DNA of 64,000 bases from an uncultured Christensenellaceae bacterium (lineage in GTDB: Bacteria > Bacillota > Clostridia > Christensenellales > UBA3700): positions 85,189 to 149,188 of the forward strand of contig CALWKS010000004.1 in NCBI GenBank assembly GCA_944381325.1. The letters are read 5' to 3'. The notes under the pieces are model-generated. The model searched no databases. It saw only the letters and a program-made list of their open reading frames with translations, and was not told the DNA's origin. The position numbers and the translations under genes were made by a program. This document shows, one piece after another, positions 29,960 through 38,766 of this stretch (within the stretch, counting starts at the first letter, position 1; every line of letters begins with the position of its first letter).

Positions 29960-30868
29960 TCAGTCCTCCAGTATCCATTTGAGAAGCGCCATACGCGTTG
30001 CCACGCCGTTGGTTACCTGTATATCTTTGTAACAGCATTCGTCCTCGCAGAGCGGATAAGAGAATTCGACTCCTCTGTTTACGGGTCCCGGGTGCATAGC
30101 TATCGCGCCCTTGTTGGCAAGCTTCATTCTCTCAGGGGTAATGCCGAAGAAACGCGCATATTCTCCGTAGCTGGGGAAAAGTCCTTTCTGCTGACGTTCA
30201 AGCTGAATTCTGAGTCCCATAATGACGTCGCTTCCTCTGAACGCGTCTTCGATCGAACTACAGACCTCGCAGCCGAGTCTTTCAGCGTCAACGGGGATCA
30301 TTGTCGGAGGTCCGAAAATCCTGACCTTTGCGCCCATAGTCGTGAGAGAAACGATATTGCTTCTCGCCACGCGGCTGTGCTTTACATCGCCTATGATGGT
30401 TACGGTAAGTCCTTCGACTTTTCCGAATTTCTCACGTATCGTGAACAGATCGAGAAGCGCCTGCGTCGGATGCGCGTGCAGACCGTCGCCCGCGTTTATC
30501 ACGCTGCACCTGACGTTGTCCGCAAGATATTTGGGAGCCCATGACGACGAATGACGTATGACTATCGCGTCAGTGCCCATAGCTTCAATAGTTCTGCCCG
30601 TGTCCAGAATGCTCTCTCCTTTCTGAACGCTTGAAGTGGAGACGTCGACGACTGTTACCGTCGCGCCGAGATACTTGCAGGCGTCCTCGAAAGAACAACG
30701 CGTTCTGGTACTGTTTTCATAAAAGAGGGTTGCCACGGTCTTGCCCTTGAGAATATCCGTATTCTTATTCCCTGACAAAACGATCTTCTTCATTTCTACG
30801 GCGTCATCGAGAAGCTTTGTCAGCGTTTCTGCGCTTACGCCTTCCATACACAAGAAGTCCTTTTTCAT
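29960..30868 (-). CDS. pyrB: aspartate carbamoyltransferase catalytic subunit
   Basis: 302 aa; STRTR and HPTQ motifs. Confidence 0.94.
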   Translation of the reverse strand: MKKDFLCMEGVSAETLTKLLDDAVEMKKIVLSGNKNTDILKGKTVATLFYENSTRTRCSFEDACKYLGATVTVVDVSTSSVQKGESILDTGRTIEAMGTDAIVIRHSSSWAPKYLADNVRCSVINAGDGLHAHPTQALLDLFTIREKFGKVEGLTVTIIGDVKHSRVARSNIVSLTTMGAKVRIFGPPTMIPVDAERLGCEVCSSIEDAFRGSDVIMGLRIQLERQQKGLFPSYGEYARFFGITPERMKLANKGAIAMHPGPVNRGVEFSYPLCEDECCYKDIQVTNGVATRMALLKWILED

Positions 30869-30956
30869 TTTTCCTCCGAAAGTATTAAAAATTCTTTATC
30901 TTGATAATTTTATCATATATGCGCGCAAAAATAAAGGGCTTTGACCTACTTAAAAA

Positions 30957-30980
30957 AATTTACGCGCGCAAGCGTAAATT
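30957..30980 (-). terminator. terminator-like hairpin in the pyrB 5' region (attenuator candidate)
   Basis: minus strand AATTTACGC-ttgcgc-GCGTAAATT followed by TTTTT, about 90 nt upstream of the pyrB ATG. Confidence 0.45.
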
Positions 30981-31083
30981 ATTTGAAAAGTTCGTGCGCG
31001 CCGGCAAAGCTCAAATTTTTCATATAAATCTTCAGAATTTACCGCTTTGCGTAAAAGCCTGTCCTTTTCTGCGCAGAAAAAAA

Positions 31084-31104
31084 GCGCAAGTCTTACGACC
31101 GCGC
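31084..31104 (-). terminator. rho-independent terminator after the ferredoxin gene
   Basis: minus strand GCGCGGTC-gtaa-GACTTGCGC (one bulge) followed by TTTTTTT. Confidence 0.65.
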
Positions 31105-31141
31105 CTTTCTCTGAATTCATTAGTAGTTTTGCTTAATGGAA

Positions 31142-31312
31142 TTACTCCTCGCTGATTACTTCAACGGGGCAGCCCGCAGCGCAAGTTCCACAGCTGATGC
31201 AGGTGTCAGCGTCGATAACGTACTTGTCGTCGCCCTCAGAAATTGCTTCAACGGGGCAGTTAGCTGCGCAGTTACCGCACTTAATGCATCCATCTCCGAT
31301 AACGTATGCCAT
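31142..31312 (-). CDS. 2x[4Fe-4S] clostridial-type ferredoxin
   Basis: 56 aa from MAYVIGDGCIKCGNCAANCP...CISCGTCAAGCP; AAGGAG upstream; the upstream part of the track ORF is non-coding extension. Confidence 0.92.
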   Translation of the reverse strand: MAYVIGDGCIKCGNCAANCPVEAISEGDDKYVIDADTCISCGTCAAGCPVEVISEE

Positions 31313-31346
31313 ATTCGTAAATCTCCTTTTTAGATTTTGTGATTTG

Positions 31347-31375
31347 ATTATATCATACCCCCCGTGCGATGTAAA
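31347..31375 (-). promoter_or_regulatory. ferredoxin promoter (TTTACA-17 nt-TGaTATAAT)
   Basis: read on minus strand: -35 at 31370..31375, extended -10 at 31347..31352. Confidence 0.6.
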
Positions 31376-31469
31376 CCTTTTTGAAAAATTTGGGTTTGCG
31401 TTTTGGTTAGGGGCGTCTAACTCGTCGTTTACCGTGCAGGCATTTAGCCTTTTCAAGCCGACAATCTGT

Positions 31470-32348
31470 TTACTCTTCCAGCTTTTTCAACTCTTTTTCG
31501 TACTGCTCTTCTTCCTTGTTGACTTTCTGCTTCTGCGGAGCGCCGATGACCTCGAACTGTCCGACTTCGAAATACTCGTTGATTATGCCGTCCTCGTTCT
31601 GAATAGCTACTTTTATTCTGCGCTTTAGCATATCCGTCTCTTCCACTCTGCCGTTGCCCTTTTCTGTAGATACTAGACTGCCCACCTTGGGAAGAAGTTT
31701 CGCCGTCTCTACGTAATAGTCGTTTTCGTACCTCAGACAACACATAAGTTTGCCGCACATACCGCTTACCTTTGTCGGATTTAACGATATGTTCTGGTTT
31801 TTCGCCATTTTTACGGTTACTTTTTCATAGTCGGAAAGGTGCGTGATACAACAGCACGGTCTGCCGCACATAGCAAGCGCTCCTCTCATCTTGATGTCGT
31901 CGCGCTCGTATATCTGCCTGAGTTCTATTCTCATATGCATAACGCTGGCGATGTCCTTGACAAGTTCTCTGAAGTCTACTCTTCCGTCTGCGGTAAAGCT
32001 GAAGACTATCTTTGAGCGGTCAAAGGTGTATTCAGCGTCGACCAGCTTCATTTTCAGCCCGTGCTTGGCTATCTTCTTGTTGCAAAGCTCCATGGCGGCA
32101 GGCTTCATTTCAATGTTTTCCTGCGCTCTCTTGTCGTCATCGGGCGTTGCCTTGCGGATGACGGGCTTGAGCTGACCTTTTATCGCTTCTTCCTCGACCA
32201 TTCTGTTGGGAGCGACGACTTTGCCGTATTCCTGCCCCCTTACAGTCTCAACTATTGCGTTGTCTCCCGTCTCGAATTGTATCCCTTTGGGGTCGAAATA
32301 ATACGTCTTGGGATTAGACGGAAATTTTATCTCAACTATTTCCGGCAT
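31470..32348 (-). CDS. yaaT: PSP1-domain protein (YaaT/RicT-like, stage 0 sporulation protein)
   Basis: 292 aa; Cys cluster CGRPCCC...CGKLMCC; follows holB as in Bacillus. Confidence 0.85.
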   Translation of the reverse strand: MPEIVEIKFPSNPKTYYFDPKGIQFETGDNAIVETVRGQEYGKVVAPNRMVEEEAIKGQLKPVIRKATPDDDKRAQENIEMKPAAMELCNKKIAKHGLKMKLVDAEYTFDRSKIVFSFTADGRVDFRELVKDIASVMHMRIELRQIYERDDIKMRGALAMCGRPCCCITHLSDYEKVTVKMAKNQNISLNPTKVSGMCGKLMCCLRYENDYYVETAKLLPKVGSLVSTEKGNGRVEETDMLKRRIKVAIQNEDGIINEYFEVGQFEVIGAPQKQKVNKEEEQYEKELKKLEE

Positions 32349-33310
32349 AGATATTTTACCTCCAAAATTCCTATAAACAGCGCGTCTGCGATAGACTGCG
32401 GATTGCAGTTGCTTTCGCTCATGCGCTTACACTTGAGTATCAGTTCCAGTATATTGACAAGCGTAGGATAATCGTATTCTCCGCTCAGTCCGTCCAGCTC
32501 TTCGAAACCCTTCTCGACCGCTCCTCTTTTTGAAGCAAGCATAAGTCTGAACACGGTCTCCGTTATATCCAGATATCCGTCGAGATTGCTTTTGTCGATC
32601 TTGAGTTTCGAGAGCTGCTCATCCAGTTTTTTTGTTGAGGATAAATCGCGTATAACAGACACGAGCAGGGAAAATTTCTCTACGAAAGCGCTGTCGTTAT
32701 ACAGCTTTTCCGCACGCGTCAGATTGCCGAATCCGCACACCGAAGCGCGCGTTGCCATACGCATCGTTTCGTCGTCAGACTCCTCTGTATCGTCTATAAG
32801 AACGCTGTAGATCTGCGCCGCGGTAAAGCCCTCGAAATACAGCTTTTTACAACGCGAAAGTATGGTCGCAAGCACTGCCGTCTGCTGACTGGCTCCCAGT
32901 ATAAAAACGACGTCTTCGGGCGGCTCTTCGAGAGTCTTCAGAAACTTGTTCTGAGCCTTTTCGTTCATACCCTGAAGATTGCTTATGACATAAACTTTCT
33001 TATCTCCGTCAAAGCCCGTGAAATAGCTGTCCTCGATAAGCTCGGTTACGTCGTCTACCGATATCTTCTCGCTTTCGTTTATCCTCAGCGCGACGTACGC
33101 CCCGTCGTTTATCTTTTCGCAGACCTCGCAGTTGTCGCAACCGCCGTGAGGACAAAGCGCGACTTTTGCCGCCATACGGCAAAGCGTTCTGCGCGCGATA
33201 TCGTCGTCCGACAGTATCAGATAACAGTGATTGAGCGCGCCGTTTTTCTTATCGGTCAACACCGTAAGATACGGCTTTGAAGTTTTCAGCAATCTTTCAG
33301 TTTCTGTCAT
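32336..33310 (-). CDS. holB: DNA polymerase III subunit delta'
   Basis: 324 aa; degenerate AAA+ with zinc module CPHGGCDNCEVC; synteny tmk-holB-yaaT. Confidence 0.82.
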   Translation of the reverse strand: MTETERLLKTSKPYLTVLTDKKNGALNHCYLILSDDDIARRTLCRMAAKVALCPHGGCDNCEVCEKINDGAYVALRINESEKISVDDVTELIEDSYFTGFDGDKKVYVISNLQGMNEKAQNKFLKTLEEPPEDVVFILGASQQTAVLATILSRCKKLYFEGFTAAQIYSVLIDDTEESDDETMRMATRASVCGFGNLTRAEKLYNDSAFVEKFSLLVSVIRDLSSTKKLDEQLSKLKIDKSNLDGYLDITETVFRLMLASKRGAVEKGFEELDGLSGEYDYPTLVNILELILKCKRMSESNCNPQSIADALFIGILEVKYLCRK

Positions 33311-33311
33311 A

Positions 33312-33938
33312 TCACTTCACCGAAGTTCTCTTCCTTAGCACTTCTATAACGTCCTGCCATACGCCGCCCACGTCCTTTGACGCGTCCACACATACGAATC
33401 TTTCAGGATATCTTCTTGCAACTTCTTTGTAGCCTTCGTAAACCTTTTCGTGAAACTCTACGCCCTGACATTCGAGGCGGTCGTTCTTGTCCGCTCCGCC
33501 CTTTCTTTCAAAAGCCTTACGCGGAGGCATATCGAGGAATATCGTAACGTCAGGCACGATTTCACCGCAAGTGAGCTTGTTTAGCTGATCTATAAAATCC
33601 ATTCCGAGCCCTCTCGCCGCGCCCTGATAAGCAAAAGTCGAGTCAGTAAATCTGTCGCATATGACGATAGTGCCCTCTTCAAGAGCAGGCGCTACAACCT
33701 CGCCCAGAAGCTGAGCGCGCGCCGCGCTGTATAAAAGCGCTTCGCACTTGCCGTTCATCTTGTCGTTTTCTTTGCTTAGAAGCATTTCTCTAATCTTTTC
33801 CGATATGACCGTACCGCCAGGCTCGCGCAGAAACATAGCGCGCTGACCGCTCTCTTCCAGATATCGTTTAAGTCTTTCTACCTGCGTGGTCTTTCCTACA
33901 CCTTCGCAACCTTCAAACGTGATAAAACTGCCTTTCAT
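33312..33938 (-). CDS. tmk: thymidylate kinase
   Basis: start at MKGSFITFEGCEGVGKTT (ATG 33938, AGAGGA upstream). Confidence 0.93.
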   Translation of the reverse strand: MKGSFITFEGCEGVGKTTQVERLKRYLEESGQRAMFLREPGGTVISEKIREMLLSKENDKMNGKCEALLYSAARAQLLGEVVAPALEEGTIVICDRFTDSTFAYQGAARGLGMDFIDQLNKLTCGEIVPDVTIFLDMPPRKAFERKGGADKNDRLECQGVEFHEKVYEGYKEVARRYPERFVCVDASKDVGGVWQDVIEVLRKRTSVK

Positions 33939-33968
33939 AATTCCTCTTTTGCGCATCCACGCGCATTA

Positions 33969-35249
33969 TTATTGTAACACAACGAGTTTGCCGTTTACAA
34001 GTCCAAACGTGCAACCCGCGTTTTCAGTTATGATCTTTACGTCCTCTTTCGTGATCACTTCTCCTCTTTTTATAAAAGGAGTACCGGGAGGATAGAATCC
34101 GACCTCGTTCATACACACTCTGCCCTCAGCCTCAGACGGAGCAACAAAACAGACTTTGCCTGACGAAGCCCTTTGTTCTCTTTCTATATGCGGATATTCT
34201 TTAAGCTTTACAGACGGCTTAAAACCGCTGAGAGCACGCGACACTTCATGAAGCTTATCCGCATTGAAAGGATTTATTATAAGTATCAGCTTATCCCTGA
34301 TTGCGGCTTCGACGTAAATACACTCCGACAAAAGATAAGAACTCGCTTCCGCCGCGTCAAAGCCATCGAACCTCAGCACAAGTCTTGACAAATCGTCGCT
34401 CTTTTCTACGGCATATAAAGCTCCCTGTGCGTTTATCTCAAATTCTCTTCGCTTTTCTGCGATGTTTTTATAATATCTCTCTCCGTTCACACTCCAGTCC
34501 GCGCGCGTATAATCCATGCTTGACATAACAAGATAAGACGGAGAGGTCGTATGCCACAGCTGTCTGTAGTACACCGCTCTGTCGTAAAGGGCTGAGTCTT
34601 TCAGGTTGAAAAGCGCGCCACCGGTATAAGCTCCCATAGTCTTATGCATACTGCAGAACGAAATATCAGCTCTTCCTGCCGCCGCCTCGGGGAGCAGCCC
34701 GCTGTAAGGAAAATGCGCGCCGTGCGCCGCGTCAGCCACAGTGAGTATTCCTGCTCTTTTACACTCATCAAGCAGTCTGAAGTCGTCCGCTACGTTGCCG
34801 AAATAATCGGGCGACGTATAGAAAATTGCGGACACGTCTGCGTTTTTTAAAGGTTTTGACAAAAATTCTTCTATCGTACCGTAGCACTGCGGCTCTATCC
34901 CGAGAAGGGCGCAACCGCCGTAAAAACTCTTGTGCATATCGCCGATACAACCCACTGCGCCGCGCTCTTTCGCAAGCGACAGCGCGATATGCATGCAGGC
35001 GGTGCTTCCTTCTGTAACAAACAGCGTATGAGCGCACCCCTGAGCTTTTGCCGCAAGATTCTCCGCTTCCAAAATCACGCCCGACGGGCAAGCGAGATTG
35101 TCAAGCCCCTCCACCTCTGTATAATCGAAGCCGCACGAAGCATAAAGACTGCCTTGCGCCGCGCCTGCGTGCGAAGGCATACAAAAGCGTGTCTGCGCTT
35201 TTGCGGCTTGCTGTACAGCATTATAGAGAGGTGCGTCAAGTTTTTCCAT
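33969..35249 (-). CDS. Orn/Lys/Arg decarboxylase-family PLP enzyme (YaaO-like)
   Basis: RFCMPSHAG and SMHKT (PLP lysine) motifs; ATG at 35249 preferred over the TTG at 35255. Confidence 0.8.
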   Translation of the reverse strand: MEKLDAPLYNAVQQAAKAQTRFCMPSHAGAAQGSLYASCGFDYTEVEGLDNLACPSGVILEAENLAAKAQGCAHTLFVTEGSTACMHIALSLAKERGAVGCIGDMHKSFYGGCALLGIEPQCYGTIEEFLSKPLKNADVSAIFYTSPDYFGNVADDFRLLDECKRAGILTVADAAHGAHFPYSGLLPEAAAGRADISFCSMHKTMGAYTGGALFNLKDSALYDRAVYYRQLWHTTSPSYLVMSSMDYTRADWSVNGERYYKNIAEKRREFEINAQGALYAVEKSDDLSRLVLRFDGFDAAEASSYLLSECIYVEAAIRDKLILIINPFNADKLHEVSRALSGFKPSVKLKEYPHIEREQRASSGKVCFVAPSEAEGRVCMNEVGFYPPGTPFIKRGEVITKEDVKIITENAGCTFGLVNGKLVVLQ

Positions 35250-35259
35250 TTTCAAAAAA

Positions 35260-35277
35260 AGCAGTCTTGCGACTGCT
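35260..35277 (-). terminator. hairpin plus U-run after lysS
   Basis: minus strand AGCAGTC-gcaa-GACTGCT followed by TTTTTTT, ending 4 nt before the next ATG. Confidence 0.6.
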
Positions 35278-35289
35278 TTCTCCTTTTTT

Positions 35290-36771
35290 TTATTGTTTTT
35301 CGATGGGCTTCATCGTCGGGAACAAAAGCACGTCGCGTATGCTCGCCGAATCGGTGAACAACATAACCGCGCGGTCAACGCCTATTCCCAGACCGCCTGT
35401 CGGAGGCATACCGTACATCAGCGCGTTGACGTAATCTTCGTCCATCATCTGCGCTTCGTCATCGCCCTTTTCTCTCTGCTTGACCTGAGCCATAAATCTC
35501 TCTTTCTGGTCGATGGGGTCGTTGAGCTCGCTGAACGCGTTGCCGAACTCCTTGCAGGTGATGAAGAACTCAAATCTTTCTGTCATTCTCTTGTCTGTGG
35601 GCTTTCTCTTTGCGAGAGGAGAAACCTCGACAGGATAATCGTAAACGAAAGTCGGCTGCATAAGCTTGTCTTCGACCTTCTGATCGAAGCACTCGTAAAG
35701 CAACTTGCCCCAGGTGATGTCGTCGTCGAATTCGACGCCCGCCTTTTTAGCCTGAGCCTTGAGCTCGTTCATATCTTCGGTCGCTTCGAAATCTATACCG
35801 ACGTACTCTTTTACCGCGTCGATCATGGTTATTCTCTTCCACGGCGATTCAAGGTTTATTTCCTCACCCTGGTAGGTTATCTTTCTCGAGCCGATAACGG
35901 TGTCAGCGATATGTCCGAATATGCTTTCTGTAAGATCCATCATACCGTGGAAATCGGTGTAAGCCTGATACATCTCTATCATCGTAAACTCGGGATTATG
36001 ACGTGTGTCCATGCCCTCGTTGCGGAACATTCTGCCCAGTTCGTAAACTTTCTCGAAGCCGCCTACGATAAGTCTCTTAAGATAAAGTTCGGGCGCGATA
36101 CGCATATACATATCGATATCGAGAGTGTTGTGGTGAGTTATGAACGGACGCGCGGAAGCTCCGCCCGCGATAGTGTTGAGTATCGGGGTCTCCACTTCGA
36201 TAAATCCCTTAGCGTCGAGGAACGCGCGGATCGCGCTGATTATGCGGCTGCGCATAACAAAAGTCTTCTTGACTTCGGGATTTGCGATAAGGTCAACGTA
36301 TCTCTGACGGTATCTGAGGTCGGTATCCTTAAGACCGTGATATTTTTCGGGAAGAGGCAGCAGCGACTTGCTGAGCAGCTCAACGCTCTTGCAATGCACT
36401 GAGATCTCGCCCATCTTTGTGGTGAAAACGATGCCCTTCACGCCGATGATATCGCCGATATCCGTCTTTTTGAAAGCGGCGTAATTCTCTTCGCCGAGGT
36501 CGTCGCGGCTCACGTAAAGCTGAATGCTTCCCGTAGAGTCGAGAAGATGAGCAAAGCTTGCCTTGCCCATGATTCTCTTTGAAACCATTCTGCCTGCGAG
36601 AGAAACTTCTTTGCCCTCGTAGTCGGAATAATTGTCCTTAATGACCTGCGCGTAAGCGTCTTTCTCGTATCTGACAACCTCGTAAGGGTTCTTGCCCTCT
36701 TCAATGAGCTTGTTCAGTTTATCGCGTCTTACCTGTATAACTTCGGCTGTATTCTGTTCTCTTTCTTCCAT
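35290..36771 (-). CDS. lysS: lysine--tRNA ligase (class II)
   Basis: 493 aa; OB anticodon-binding domain plus class II motifs. Confidence 0.96.
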   Translation of the reverse strand: MEEREQNTAEVIQVRRDKLNKLIEEGKNPYEVVRYEKDAYAQVIKDNYSDYEGKEVSLAGRMVSKRIMGKASFAHLLDSTGSIQLYVSRDDLGEENYAAFKKTDIGDIIGVKGIVFTTKMGEISVHCKSVELLSKSLLPLPEKYHGLKDTDLRYRQRYVDLIANPEVKKTFVMRSRIISAIRAFLDAKGFIEVETPILNTIAGGASARPFITHHNTLDIDMYMRIAPELYLKRLIVGGFEKVYELGRMFRNEGMDTRHNPEFTMIEMYQAYTDFHGMMDLTESIFGHIADTVIGSRKITYQGEEINLESPWKRITMIDAVKEYVGIDFEATEDMNELKAQAKKAGVEFDDDITWGKLLYECFDQKVEDKLMQPTFVYDYPVEVSPLAKRKPTDKRMTERFEFFITCKEFGNAFSELNDPIDQKERFMAQVKQREKGDDEAQMMDEDYVNALMYGMPPTGGLGIGVDRAVMLFTDSASIRDVLLFPTMKPIEKQ

Positions 36772-36780
36772 AAATTCCTT

Positions 36781-37254
36781 TTACTTGACGTCTACGATCT
36801 TGACTTCGTAGCTGTCTCCTTCGTTGTCTTTTACACTGACGGTCTCGCCCTTCTTTCTGCCGATGATGGCAATTGCGAGAGGGCTTTCGTTGCTTATCAG
36901 ACCTTCGCTGATGTCAGCTTCGGTCGAACCGACGATACGGTAAACGAGATCCTCGTTCATATCGATATCGTGAAGGGTAACCGTACTGCCGATCATGATT
37001 TTGTTGCCCTTTGCCTTGGCGTCTTCGATAACGACAGCGTTTTCAATCTGCGCCTCAAGGGTGCGAATCTCCGCCTCGATAATGCCCTGATCTTCCTTAG
37101 CCGCGTCATATTCCGCGTTCTCGGACAAATCGCCGTATTCACGTGCCTGCTTAATTCTTTCCGAAGCCTCGGGTCTTCTTACGTTTTTGAGATAGTCGAG
37201 TTTTTCCTGAAGTTCTGCAAGCCCTTCGGCCGTGACGTAAAATTCTTTTGCCAT
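36781..37254 (-). CDS. greA: transcription elongation factor GreA
   Basis: 157 aa; DLSENAEYDAAKE motif. Confidence 0.95.
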   Translation of the reverse strand: MAKEFYVTAEGLAELQEKLDYLKNVRRPEASERIKQAREYGDLSENAEYDAAKEDQGIIEAEIRTLEAQIENAVVIEDAKAKGNKIMIGSTVTLHDIDMNEDLVYRIVGSTEADISEGLISNESPLAIAIIGRKKGETVSVKDNEGDSYEVKIVDVK

Positions 37255-37271
37255 TTATGATTTCCTCCTCA

Positions 37272-37919
37272 TTATTGAGAGTTATTCTCGTTGTTTTTGT
37301 TTTTCATTCTGTAGCTCAGAACGTAAAGACTTTCGCTCATAGCGATATTTTCGACCGCGACGTCTTCAGGAAGATCGAGGTCTATCGGAGCAAAGTTCCA
37401 GATACTCTTGACGCCGAGAGCGACCAGTCTGTCAGCTATGTCCGCCGCAACGCCCTTCTGAGTTGCAATCACCGCGATATCGCAGCCTTTGTCTTTAATA
37501 TAGTCTGCCAGCTTTTCCATGCTGTAAACGGGGATGCCGCCGATTTCCTTATCCCTGACTTCGATGTCGAAAAGCGCGCAGACGTGAAAACCTTCGCCTG
37601 CAAAATTCTTATAACCTGCCAGCGCTCTGCCGATGTTGCCCGCGCCGATGATTATCATATTGTAATTCTTGTTGAGACCGAGAATTTCAGCGAGATTTTT
37701 CTTGAGGTTGGCGACGTCATAGCCGTAACCGTGCTGACCGAAACCGCCGAAATTGCAAAAATCCTGTCTGACCTGAGACGCGGTTACCCCGAGAAGCTGA
37801 GCGAGCTTGCCCGAAGATACCTTCATAACGCCTTCCTGTTCAAGATGCTCAAGATAGCGGTAATAGCGCGGCAAGCGCTTTACAACCGCTTCGGAAATTA
37901 CCTTGTTTCCCATAATCAC
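37272..37919 (-). CDS. rex: redox-sensing transcriptional repressor Rex
   Basis: 215 aa; RLPRYYRYL winged helix and GAGNIGRAL Rossmann motif. Confidence 0.93.
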   Translation of the reverse strand: MIMGNKVISEAVVKRLPRYYRYLEHLEQEGVMKVSSGKLAQLLGVTASQVRQDFCNFGGFGQHGYGYDVANLKKNLAEILGLNKNYNMIIIGAGNIGRALAGYKNFAGEGFHVCALFDIEVRDKEIGGIPVYSMEKLADYIKDKGCDIAVIATQKGVAADIADRLVALGVKSIWNFAPIDLDLPEDVAVENIAMSESLYVLSYRMKNKNNENNSQ

Positions 37920-37950
37920 GCCTCCCGTATTAAGAGTATAAACATACTAT

Positions 37951-37979
37951 ATTTTATATAATAAACCGTTGATTGTCAA
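37951..37979 (-). promoter_or_regulatory. rex-greA-lysS promoter (TTGACA-17 nt-TAAAAT)
   Basis: read on minus strand: -35 at 37974..37979, -10 at 37951..37956. Confidence 0.6.
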
Positions 37980-38001
37980 TTATTTTTCCAAAATAATGTG
38001 T

Positions 38002-38030
38002 TTGACAAAGCCGCCCGGCTCAGGTACAAT
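38002..38030 (+). promoter_or_regulatory. promoter TTGACA-17 nt-TACAAT for the 85-aa gene
   Basis: -35 at 38002..38007, -10 at 38025..38030; ATG follows only 9 nt after the -10. Confidence 0.6.
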
Positions 38031-38039
38031 AAATGCGTT

Positions 38040-38297
38040 ATGAAGATATGGGCAAGGACTGTCTCAGGCGACAAAATCGTCCGTGAGACGATATACGAAA
38101 ATCCGCTCCCGATGCGGTACGACAATTACCGTCTGTGGGTAGCGGAAATATGCAGGACGCTTGACTTGTCAACGCCCGTGATACTGCCCGCCCATTACAA
38201 GAATTTTGCGCACTTCCACAACACGCGGTTCAAGCCCGACGATTTCGTGGACGACCTGGGCGCAGACCTTCTCGTCATAGAGGATTGCAGAGAATGA
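38040..38297 (+). CDS. hypothetical 85-aa protein
   Basis: ORF from MKIWARTVSG; no family recognised; the GTG at 37998 lies upstream of the promoter and is rejected as start. Confidence 0.5.
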   Translation: MKIWARTVSGDKIVRETIYENPLPMRYDNYRLWVAEICRTLDLSTPVILPAHYKNFAHFHNTRFKPDDFVDDLGADLLVIEDCRE

Positions 38298-38340
38298 TTT
38301 GCAGAAACCGCGCGGGGTTTCTGCAATTTTTTATCGGCTT

Positions 38341-38766
38341 TTACTGAGCGTAGAAATATTTCGCAACCAGATCTCTCGCGGCGTCATAGTCGTTGAAAAC
38401 ATAAAAACTTTCTTTTGCGCCGCTTTTGATGTCAACCTTTGCAAGCTCCTGTCCCAGATAGTAACGGATATATCCTTCTTTGCCCGAAATGTAAATCCTC
38501 AGGCAATAATCGTAAGAAGCGTCGGGATATCCGTCGTCGTTTTTCTCTACGGGAAGCTTCCCCAGTTCATCCATAAATTTCGCAAGCGTGTCGCCCTCAA
38601 GAACCTTAATCGTTCCTGCCGCGTTCACAAGTTCGATTTTAGATACGCTGTCTGTATCTATATTGCTTGCCTTCCACAATCCGCCTGAGGAAGAACAAGC
38701 CGTCATGCACAGTGCAGACGTAACGATAAGTGCGATTGCCGTGATAATAAGTATAACTTTTTTCAT
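38341..38766 (-). CDS. small lipoprotein, hypothetical
   Basis: 141 aa; signal peptide with MTAC lipobox; overlaps the upstream permease gene by 4 nt. Confidence 0.6.
   Translation of the reverse strand: MKKVILIITAIALIVTSALCMTACSSSGGLWKASNIDTDSVSKIELVNAAGTIKVLEGDTLAKFMDELGKLPVEKNDDGYPDASYDYCLRIYISGKEGYIRYYLGQELAKVDIKSGAKESFYVFNDYDAARDLVAKYFYAQ

Noticed and set aside
31103-31115. Possible PyrR-binding loop (UUCAGAGAAAGGC)
   Set aside because: It differs from the conserved UCCAGAGAGGCU core at key positions and forms part of the ferredoxin terminator flank rather than an anti-antiterminator. It is mentioned only as a weak resemblance.
37920-38001. Rex operator in the rex/orphan-gene divergent region (TTGATTGTCAA)
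   Set aside because: It is only an imperfect 5-bp half-site palindrome with a 1-nt centre. It does not match the 18-bp TTGTGAA-n4-TTCACAA type consensus.
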